DNA of 64,000 nucleotides from an uncultured Clostridia bacterium (GTDB lineage Bacteria; Bacillota_I; Bacilli_A; RF39; UBA660), in NCBI GenBank assembly GCA_946619755.1, contig CAMOMI010000001.1:33441-97440 (forward strand), written 5' to 3'. This document shows, in pieces, positions 47,605 through 55,610 of this stretch (within the stretch, counting starts at the first letter, position 1; each line of letters begins with the position of its first letter). The notes beneath the pieces are model-generated. The model was not told the origin of the DNA, made no database searches, and saw only the letters and a program-made list of their open reading frames with translations. Both the position numbers and the translations under genes were made by a program.

Positions 47605-48645
47605 TCAAAATAATCTTCCAATATCCATTATTGTTACATATATAAGTAATGCAATTATTAACATAAATCCAATTGAGTGAATAATGTTTTCTACCTTCTT
47701 AGATACCGGTCTTTTAAATATCTTTTCAATAATCAAAAATAATATTCTACCGCCATCAAAAGCTGGAAATGGTAATAAATTAATAATTCCAACATTTATA
47801 GATAAATATGCCACCAAATATAGTACTGCTTCAAGTCCTTCTTCCGCTTGTTTATCAATTATAGAATATATTCCTACTGGACCTGATAGCTGACTTACCC
47901 CAACTTTACCAGTAAACAAATACTTAAGTGTATCAAACATACTGCCAAATAAAGAAATTGTTCTAGTAAATGCATAACTTATTGACTTACCAAAGCCATA
48001 TTCCTTCTTATATTGTGGTGATATTCCAAACTTATAACTTATATTTCCTTCTTCATCAGTTACTTCCATTGGTTTAATCTTGTAAGTAATTACATCACCA
48101 TTTACTTTTTTAATTTCAAAAGTAACCATTTCGTCCTTAGTAGTCTGAAGTTTTACAAGGCCTTGATCCCAACTAATTACCTTTTCGCCATTAATTGATA
48201 ACAATAAATCACCACTAGTAATTCCTGCTTCATATGCTGGATAATCATTTATAACATTACCAATGATTGGTTTCATTGATACTGCTCCATATATTAAAGC
48301 ACTTATAAACAAAATAATAAAAGCAAACAAAAAGTTATTAAATGGACCTGCAAATAAAACTAAAAATCTTCTCCAAAAACTTTTATTACACATCTGTCTA
48401 TCTTTTGGAATCTTTTTATCTTCAACATCTTCTCCAGCTATCATAACATAACCGCCTAGAGGAATAGCCCTAACGCAAAACTCGGTTTCTCCACCTTTTC
48501 GCTTCTTACCAAATATTTTCTTCCCCATACCAATTGAAAACTCATATACATAAATATTTGACATCTTAGCAAAGATAAAATGACCAAATTCATGAATAGC
48601 AACAATTGAACCTAAAATTAATATAAACCATATAAGTGATAACAT
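47605..48645 (-). CDS. rseP: RIP site-2 metalloprotease RseP (M50) with PDZ domain
   Basis: HEFGHF zinc motif at N-terminus, PDZ (GDLLLSINGEKV), NLLPFPAFDGGRI C-terminal motif. Confidence 0.85.
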   Translation of the reverse strand: MLSLIWFILILGSIVAIHEFGHFIFAKMSNIYVYEFSIGMGKKIFGKKRKGGETEFCVRAIPLGGYVMIAGEDVEDKKIPKDRQMCNKSFWRRFLVLFAGPFNNFLFAFIILFISALIYGAVSMKPIIGNVINDYPAYEAGITSGDLLLSINGEKVISWDQGLVKLQTTKDEMVTFEIKKVNGDVITYKIKPMEVTDEEGNISYKFGISPQYKKEYGFGKSISYAFTRTISLFGSMFDTLKYLFTGKVGVSQLSGPVGIYSIIDKQAEEGLEAVLYLVAYLSINVGIINLLPFPAFDGGRILFLIIEKIFKRPVSKKVENIIHSIGFMLIIALLIYVTIMDIGRLF

Positions 48646-48657
48646 ATCATTTCCTCC

Positions 48658-49443
48658 CTACATCATACTTAATATTAGTGATAATCCCAAAGACACATAA
48701 ATAACACTATCAAATCTATCAAGTATTCCTCCATGTCCAGGAATTAAATTTGAATAATCTTTTTTATTAAAATAACGTTTAATACTACTAAACATAAGAT
48801 CTCCAATTTCTGATAAAACGGATAAAACTAAACATAAAATAACTACTTGAAACGTTGTAAGACCACCGATTACATTAAAATAATAAACTGCTCCTACCAT
48901 AACACCCATAATCACACCAATTAATGAACCTTCAATTGTCTTTTTGGGTGAAATAGAAGTTAATTTATGTCTACCAACTAAACTTCCTCCAATATAAGCA
49001 TATGTATCTGTAATAAAAGCCATTATAAATATAAAAATACACATTGGCGTATTGATACTTCTAAGATAAATAATATTTCCAAATGATAAACCTAAAAAAT
49101 AAACAATTCCTAACGTATATAAACAATCATTTATATTATATATCTTACTATCATTATAAAATACAATTGGCATACTTAATAATAATAATGGTAACAATAT
49201 AGTTATATTCATATTAATTTTATAAAATGTATTATTTAAAGTAATTAATATCAAACTAACAATAGCTAACATTTTTATTATCTTCATTTTTTTTAAATTA
49301 TCTTCATACTTAATATTAAAGAGTTCATTAAAACCCATTATTGAAACAATTAACATTACTAATCCAAATAATTTACTACTTATAACTAATGAACCAATAA
49401 GAATTAAAAGAATAATAATTGCACTAAAAACTCTCTCTTTCAT
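48658..49443 (-). CDS. cdsA: phosphatidate cytidylyltransferase
   Basis: C-terminal signature SSIKRYFNKKDYSNLIPGHGGILDRFDS. Confidence 0.85.
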   Translation of the reverse strand: MKERVFSAIIILLILIGSLVISSKLFGLVMLIVSIMGFNELFNIKYEDNLKKMKIIKMLAIVSLILITLNNTFYKINMNITILLPLLLLSMPIVFYNDSKIYNINDCLYTLGIVYFLGLSFGNIIYLRSINTPMCIFIFIMAFITDTYAYIGGSLVGRHKLTSISPKKTIEGSLIGVIMGVMVGAVYYFNVIGGLTTFQVVILCLVLSVLSEIGDLMFSSIKRYFNKKDYSNLIPGHGGILDRFDSVIYVSLGLSLILSMM

Positions 49444-49508
49444 TTACATCACTCTCTAATTTAAATTATACTAAAAAAAAAGCAATTAGACAACTAAATT
49501 ACTTTTCT

Positions 49509-50474
49509 TTACACATTTTTTATTTCATTACCACGTTCACACCTATTCCCCCAATGATCGATTAAATTATCATTTTTATAGACAGTAACAATCTCACAAT
49601 TATTAGCACATCTCCCACAACTAGCAATTTTTGTCTCTAATTTATAATTATCAATATCAAAATCAAATACCTTTTCAATTCCACTACTTCTTGCCATAAC
49701 AGCAATGCCAAACGCTCCCATCAAATGAGAGTTTTTATTGACAATTATTTTTTCTCCAGTAATGTCTTCAAAGGCCTTTACAACAGCTGCATTTTTACTA
49801 ACTCCACCATTAAAAACAATCGGCGCCTGTATTTTCTTACCTTTTGCAACATTATTAATATAATTCGTAGCAATTGCCCGACATACTCCTGCTAAAATAT
49901 CTTCTTTCTTATATCCCGCTTGAATCTTATGAATCAAATCTGATTCAGCAAATACTGTGCATCTCGCTGCAATATTAACTTTATTCTTACTACTTAAAGC
50001 AACACTCGCTACATCTTCAATTCTAACTCCTAATCTTTTAGCAAGTGAACTAATAAACGCACCAGTTCCCGCTGCACATAAGGTATTCATTGCATAATCG
50101 GTAACTATTCCATTACTAACTAGGGTTATCTTAGAATCTTGTCCACCAATTTCAAATATCGTCCTAACATCTGGATAAAATCTAAGTGTCCCAATCGCAT
50201 GTGCCGTAATTTCATTTTTAATTGTCTCGGCACCAAGTAGTGTTCCAATTAATTTTCTAGCCGATCCTGTCGTTCCTACCGATACTACCTGATAATTATC
50301 AGTATCTACTTCTTCACGCATATTACGAATCACTTCTTTTGCCGCTCTTATTGGATTTCCCTCTGTATATATGTAACAACTAGCTAAAATATTATCATAT
50401 TCGTCTATAATAACTCCTTTTGTAGAAATTGATCCAATATCTATCCCCATATATAATTTATCCATTTTTATCAC
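49509..50474 (-). CDS. BadF/BadG/BcrA/BcrD-family ATPase (HgdC-like [4Fe-4S] acyl-CoA dehydratase activase) with extra C-terminal Cys4 zinc-ribbon; no partner dehydratase nearby
   Basis: MGIDIGSISTKGVII (ASKHA phosphate-1), cluster-bridging Cys boxes NTLCAAGTGAF and ARCTVFAESDLI as in HgdC; C-terminal CGRCANNC...WGNRCERG. Confidence 0.7.
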   Translation of the reverse strand: MIKMDKLYMGIDIGSISTKGVIIDEYDNILASCYIYTEGNPIRAAKEVIRNMREEVDTDNYQVVSVGTTGSARKLIGTLLGAETIKNEITAHAIGTLRFYPDVRTIFEIGGQDSKITLVSNGIVTDYAMNTLCAAGTGAFISSLAKRLGVRIEDVASVALSSKNKVNIAARCTVFAESDLIHKIQAGYKKEDILAGVCRAIATNYINNVAKGKKIQAPIVFNGGVSKNAAVVKAFEDITGEKIIVNKNSHLMGAFGIAVMARSSGIEKVFDFDIDNYKLETKIASCGRCANNCEIVTVYKNDNLIDHWGNRCERGNEIKNV

Positions 50475-50597
50475 CCAATTAAATTATATGTTATCTCATT
50501 CAAAAATAATGTCGAATTAACGTTTATCATGTATGCTATTTATCTACATATTTTTATTTTCAATTGTGAGACAATTTACTTGACAAGAGGTGAACTT

Positions 50598-50849
50598 ATG
50601 GCAAAAGAAGCATTCACTAACAAAAATATCTATGATACAGTCAGAAGAAACATAAAGAAGTATCGCCAAGCTAAAGGCATGACACAGCAAGAATTAGCTG
50701 ATGCTTCAGAGTTTTCTCACGGCTATATTCGAGAAATCGAATCAATCCATATGGGTTCAACTTTTTCACTAGATGCTGTTGAAAAAATAGCTAATGGTCT
50801 AGGAATTCATTTTAAATTATTATTTGAAGAAAACGATAACAAGCAATAG
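50598..50849 (+). CDS. XRE-family helix-turn-helix transcriptional regulator
   Basis: RQAKGMTQQELADASEFSHGYIREIE HTH; start ATG 50598 with AGAGG RBS. Confidence 0.6.
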   Translation: MAKEAFTNKNIYDTVRRNIKKYRQAKGMTQQELADASEFSHGYIREIESIHMGSTFSLDAVEKIANGLGIHFKLLFEENDNKQ

Positions 50850-50859
50850 CTTGTTTTTT
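50838..50859 (+). terminator. rho-independent terminator after XRE gene
   Basis: aacaagc-aata-gcttgtt + TTTTT. Confidence 0.5.
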
Positions 50860-50985
50860 ATTGACAAAATAAAGAAATTATTATAAGAACCCGAAAATAT
50901 AAATGAATTAAAGTTAGCTGATGATACTATATCCTATTGACAATACACCGCTTGAAGAAAACGTCGCAATAGTTTTTTTATCGAA

Positions 50986-51381
50986 ATGATAAATGCTATA
51001 AAAAATAAAAATGACAAACTTGTTAATAAAATCCTAAAAAGGCTCAATAATATTGAAAATAAAGCAAAGTTAATATACGACTTCTATATTGGTTTTATAA
51101 GTAATCCCAATGAAGTTATTCAATTAATTGCCCAAAAAACTGATTTTGATACTGATGGCGAATTATCTTTTTTAAAGTTTCAGTTATACCTAAATAAAGT
51201 AAGTGAACTAACAAACAGTCTAACTCCTAACAATTTAGAAATAATTCCAGATAAGCAAAATGATTTTATTAATTTTGTTACATATTTTAACATCCTATGT
51301 ACTGAAAAAATGCACAAAGAACCACAAGTAAGCATAAACTTTGTAAGAAAGTTCAAAATAACCAACAAAAAACATAATTAG
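50986..51381 (+). CDS. hypothetical protein (weak RBS)
   Basis: 131-aa ORF, no motif recognised, no clear SD. Confidence 0.35.
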   Translation: MINAIKNKNDKLVNKILKRLNNIENKAKLIYDFYIGFISNPNEVIQLIAQKTDFDTDGELSFLKFQLYLNKVSELTNSLTPNNLEIIPDKQNDFINFVTYFNILCTEKMHKEPQVSINFVRKFKITNKKHN

Positions 51382-51387
51382 GAATTC

Positions 51388-52641
51388 CTAACTATGTTTT
51401 TCTTTTTTTAGCCAATTTTTACCATCAACAAATCTGTTAGTAAGCATTGCTGATGCACTATCACCAACAACGTTTAATACCGTAGCTGGAGAATCAATAA
51501 TCGTAGCAATAATCGTAAGAATCGGAAGTGCCGCTACCGGATAGCCAAGCATTGTTATAATTAACATCTCAGATATCGTACCACCACCTACTGGTACAGC
51601 TGTCACTAATAATGTTGCTACTAAAGCTATTCCCATTATTTTTAGAATAGATATATCACCCATACCATTAAATAAATATACTAAAAACATTATCTTAAAT
51701 ACGCTTCCCAATACTGATCCATCTTTATGAAAGCTAGTTCCAAGAGAAACTGTAGTTTCCGCAATATCATCAGATACGCCTATTTTCTTTGTACATTCAA
51801 TATTAACTGGCATTGATGCTGCTGATGAGCAAGTTGCTAAAGATGTGAGTGTTGATGGAATAATATTATTCCAAAATCTTTTTACTCCTAACTTACCAGC
51901 ACTAATATATGCAAATAAAGTATAGATAACAAAGTAGAAAAATATTGAAGTAACTAGATAGATAATAAATGTCTTTAAATATCCAACTGCTATCATTCCA
52001 CCAAATGTTCCAACCATTGCTGCAAAATAACAAGCTAAACCAATTGGCGCATAATACATAATTATCTTAATAAAATTCATCAAAACATCCGTTGAAGATT
52101 CGATAAAATTGAAAAATGGTTCTGCTTTTTCTTTAGACATACTCATTGCAATTCCAACAAGAATTGAAACAACAATTAAAGCAATCATATTATCACGTGA
52201 TAATAGTTTAGCAAAGTCATTAACTGAAACAGCTTCAACAGTTCTTTCTAAAACATTTAATTCTGCTTTATCAGCTGCATCTTCCCCATCCAAAATTAAA
52301 CTTTCCTTAATTTGTTCTCCATTTTTTGTATCCACTAATTTAAATGAATAAGTACTAACAACACCAACCAATACCGCTACCACTGAGGTAAATAGGAAAA
52401 CAATAAAAGTTGTTACCAATATTTTACCAATTCTTTTTGGTTGTTTCATCTTATAAATTGAACTAGTAATTGTTAAAAATATTAACGGTACAACTACGAT
52501 TAGTAACATATTTAAAAATAAATCACCAAAAGGACTTAATACGCTTGCTCCTTCTCCCCATATTAATCCAACTATTCCACCAAGAATAATCGCTCCAAGT
52601 AAAACTATCATTGACTTATAATTTTGTAATTTTTTCATCAT
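51388..52641 (-). CDS. dicarboxylate/amino acid:cation symporter (DAACS/SstT-like)
   Basis: ~8 TM with re-entrant loop signatures (LGTSFHKDGSVL, MLTNRFVDG-like C-terminus); 417 aa. Confidence 0.8.
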   Translation of the reverse strand: MMKKLQNYKSMIVLLGAIILGGIVGLIWGEGASVLSPFGDLFLNMLLIVVVPLIFLTITSSIYKMKQPKRIGKILVTTFIVFLFTSVVAVLVGVVSTYSFKLVDTKNGEQIKESLILDGEDAADKAELNVLERTVEAVSVNDFAKLLSRDNMIALIVVSILVGIAMSMSKEKAEPFFNFIESSTDVLMNFIKIIMYYAPIGLACYFAAMVGTFGGMIAVGYLKTFIIYLVTSIFFYFVIYTLFAYISAGKLGVKRFWNNIIPSTLTSLATCSSAASMPVNIECTKKIGVSDDIAETTVSLGTSFHKDGSVLGSVFKIMFLVYLFNGMGDISILKIMGIALVATLLVTAVPVGGGTISEMLIITMLGYPVAALPILTIIATIIDSPATVLNVVGDSASAMLTNRFVDGKNWLKKEKHS

Positions 52642-52786
52642 TTAACTCCTCTCATATAAAGTATATAAAAGTATTTTAATTTTTACCACTAATATATTTC
52701 CACAACAAATATAATTTTTCCACAAGAATACCACAAAAAATATTGAAAACAATCAGTAATAATGGTATTATTAATTTGGTGATATA

Positions 52787-54301
52787 ATGAAAAATTATAT
52801 AAAATTAAATAATAATGAAGCACATTTATCATTAGGAAATTTCTTCAATGTAATCAAAAAAATAACAATAAATAAATCCAGTGCCATTCAAACAGAAATT
52901 TTTTGCACTATATTCGATATTGACAATATTTCAGATTCAACTGTTGGCAACTATTGTACTGGTTACCGTGCCATTGGTAACGAATATAAGCAAATATATT
53001 TAACATTTAAAAAAAAATATGAATTAGATAAAAAAAGAATGATTCCTATCGTTAATAATCTTTTATCTATAATTGATGGTTATATTTATTCATATAAAGA
53101 CATCAATGAAATAAATAAAAACAATTCTTTAAAAGAACTATGTCATAAATTACATACTTATGCAAAAAATGATTTGTATGTTAGTTCTAAATTAAAAAAA
53201 GAATTACTAACATATCTTAATAAAAACAATTACTATTTATATTTAATAAGATGTTTATTCTTTATTGTCTTAGAAAAGAAACAGCCACTATATGAAACCG
53301 AATTAGTTAATGAAACTATCGAAGAAATATTATATAACACTAATATTTCTATTAATGATTTAAAACAATACCTAACCATTCGTTTTAAAGAAGGTATCAG
53401 CTATATTCCTTCACTAAAAAAATTAGCAGACAATAATAATCCATATGCCTTGCATGAACTGGGGAATCTTGAATATAATGGTGACATCACAGGTAAACCT
53501 CGTTATGAAGAAGCATATAACTATTTTACTAAAGCAGCTAGTTATGATCACCCAACGTCATATTGGATGTTAGCACACATGATTATCAATCAGAAAATAG
53601 GAGCTTTAAATAGCGAAGATATAAATCTTGCCTGGACATATTTAGAAAAAGCCAAATCATTAAATAGTATTTCAGCCATAAACACCATTGGTTTATGCTA
53701 TTTTGAAGGTTATACCAAAGATAAAAAGAAAGACTTAGATAAAGCTAAATATTATTTTGAATTGGCCGCTAAAAAAGATTATATCTATGCTTATAACAAC
53801 TTAGGCAGATTATATGAGAGTAAAAAAGAATATGAAAAAGCCCTATCATATTACTTAAAAAGTGCTAATGAAGAAGAAAGTTGGGCTTGTAACAAAGTAG
53901 GTTTATATTATTATAATGGTATTGGCACTGAAAAAAATCTCGAATTAGCTTACAAGTATTTTAATATTGGGGCATCTGCTCCAATTAAAAACCGTAACAA
54001 CTGGAATATCTATAATTTAGTAGTACTTTTCTATTTAAAAGGAAGTAGTATTCTAGGCATTAAAAAAGATCTCGATAAATCGATTGAATTACTATTATCA
54101 ATAAATAATTTAGAAGAATCAAAAGAAATTCTTTTATACGCCTATTATGAAAAATATTTGATCCATAAAGAAAAAAACATTTTAGATAAAGTTAATTATT
54201 ATTTAGAGCTTTTAAACAATACAATTGATAAAAAGAAAAAAGAAGAAATTGAATCTTCTCTAAAAACCATATACACTTCTAAAATAAATATCAAATTATA
54301 A
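52787..54301 (+). CDS. Sel1-like (TPR-family) repeat protein with unknown N-terminal domain
   Basis: Several ~36-aa repeats with Sel1 pattern (AAKKDYIYAYNNLGRLYESKKEYEKALSYYLKSANEEESWACNKVGLYYYNGIGTEKNLELAYKYF). Confidence 0.6.
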   Translation: MKNYIKLNNNEAHLSLGNFFNVIKKITINKSSAIQTEIFCTIFDIDNISDSTVGNYCTGYRAIGNEYKQIYLTFKKKYELDKKRMIPIVNNLLSIIDGYIYSYKDINEINKNNSLKELCHKLHTYAKNDLYVSSKLKKELLTYLNKNNYYLYLIRCLFFIVLEKKQPLYETELVNETIEEILYNTNISINDLKQYLTIRFKEGISYIPSLKKLADNNNPYALHELGNLEYNGDITGKPRYEEAYNYFTKAASYDHPTSYWMLAHMIINQKIGALNSEDINLAWTYLEKAKSLNSISAINTIGLCYFEGYTKDKKKDLDKAKYYFELAAKKDYIYAYNNLGRLYESKKEYEKALSYYLKSANEEESWACNKVGLYYYNGIGTEKNLELAYKYFNIGASAPIKNRNNWNIYNLVVLFYLKGSSILGIKKDLDKSIELLLSINNLEESKEILLYAYYEKYLIHKEKNILDKVNYYLELLNNTIDKKKKEEIESSLKTIYTSKINIKL

Positions 54302-54302
54302 T

Positions 54303-54623
54303 TTACTTGCAAGTCCCCGTGCCGGTAAAAGTATAACCTGCATTTGAAAAGGTTATCGTATCGGCATTTTTTAATTTATCAAGTTTACTTTTTTCATTAA
54401 AATACCCCCCACTTTTCAATGTACTTATTGTAACAATCGTTTCATTATTTAAAGAAAAATATATCTTGGCTGCGTTCTTAGCAAGTTCTTTCTGCTCCTC
54501 GCATTCCTTAGTAGACCTTCTATTTAATGACGAACTAATAGAACCTACCACTACTAAAGAAATCATTGATAATATTACCACTACCGCTAGAAGTTCAATT
54601 AAAGTAAACCCTTTATTATTCAT
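54303..54623 (-). CDS. second prepilin-type N-terminal cleavage/methylation domain protein
   Basis: MNNKG|FTLIELLAVVVILSMISLVVVG (G-1, F+1, E+5); 106 aa; convergent with Sel1 gene. Confidence 0.65.
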   Translation of the reverse strand: MNNKGFTLIELLAVVVILSMISLVVVGSISSSLNRRSTKECEEQKELAKNAAKIYFSLNNETIVTISTLKSGGYFNEKSKLDKLKNADTITFSNAGYTFTGTGTCK

Positions 54624-54710
54624 CTTTTATACACCTCTATTTATCATAATCTTATCATATTTTAATGTATAAGTAAATAATTACTAACATATATTTTATT
54701 GGTGGTTAGC

Positions 54711-55526
54711 GTGAAAATAATTAAAATAATTGGCCTGCTTTGTATCTTTTGTCTTACCTTTTTCTACACTGAAAAAGTAATAAATGTTACTTTAAATCAA
54801 GATGAAATAATGATTAAAATTAAAGAATATAGCACTAATCATAACGTAAATCCTACAAATGCCACAATCGATAATGACGCCATTATTCCTGGCAATAAAG
54901 GAAAATATATCGATATCGATAACAGTTACAAAAACATGAAGAAAATTGGTTATTTCAATGAATCAGAAATTGTTTATAAAGATATTTATCCTGAAATATC
55001 AATTTATAATAACTATAATAAGTATATTATTAAAGGAAACACTAAAGAAAATGCTATTTCTTTAATCTATATCTTAAATAATAGCAATACGATTGATAAC
55101 ATTCTAACCATTAATGATAAATATAACGTAAAACTAAATATTTTTATTGATAGTAATTATTTAAATAATAATATAAGCATTGTTGACAAACTAAAAAATA
55201 ATGAAATATATAATTACGGTAATAATGGCACCTATACCAAAGATAATTTAATTATTAATAATAATATTATAAATAATAAATCTAACAATAAATCAATTTA
55301 TTGCATTCACTTAAAAAAAGAAAAAGATAGTCTAGAAAATTGCGCAAACGTTAAGATGTTATCCATTTATATTGATAAAGTTAGCAATTATTATAATATT
55401 AAAGAAAATTTAACTAAAGGAAATATTTATATAATCGATAATACTAAAGAATTACCATTAATTATTGATTACATAAAAAGCAAAGGTTATAATATCAAGC
55501 CATTATCACAATTAATCTATGAATAA
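54711..55526 (+). CDS. hypothetical secreted Asn-rich protein
   Basis: GTG start after GGTGG RBS; signal peptide IIKIIGLLCIFCLTFFYT; C-terminal ~40 aa loosely resembles the end of NodB-type deacetylases but TFDDG/HSxxH catalytic motifs not seen. Confidence 0.4.
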   Translation: MKIIKIIGLLCIFCLTFFYTEKVINVTLNQDEIMIKIKEYSTNHNVNPTNATIDNDAIIPGNKGKYIDIDNSYKNMKKIGYFNESEIVYKDIYPEISIYNNYNKYIIKGNTKENAISLIYILNNSNTIDNILTINDKYNVKLNIFIDSNYLNNNISIVDKLKNNEIYNYGNNGTYTKDNLIINNNIINNKSNNKSIYCIHLKKEKDSLENCANVKMLSIYIDKVSNYYNIKENLTKGNIYIIDNTKELPLIIDYIKSKGYNIKPLSQLIYE

Positions 55527-55557
55527 GGGAATTATTCTCTTTTTTTCTTGACTATTC

Positions 55558-55587
55558 TTGATTTTACTAGTTATTTTTTGCTATAAT
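55558..55587 (+). promoter_or_regulatory. candidate sigma-A promoter of mutS (TTGATT -N18- TGcTATAAT extended -10)
   Basis: -35 TTGATT at 55558-55563, TG at 55579-80, TATAAT 55582-55587. Confidence 0.3.
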
Positions 55588-55610
55588 AACAACTGAAAGT
55601 TGTGATATAT

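Noticed and set aside
54711-55526. Polysaccharide deacetylase (PdaB/IcaB-like) call for the secreted Asn-rich protein
   Set aside because: Only the C-terminal tail is vaguely NodB-like. The TFDDG, HSxxH and RPPxG catalytic motifs were not found.
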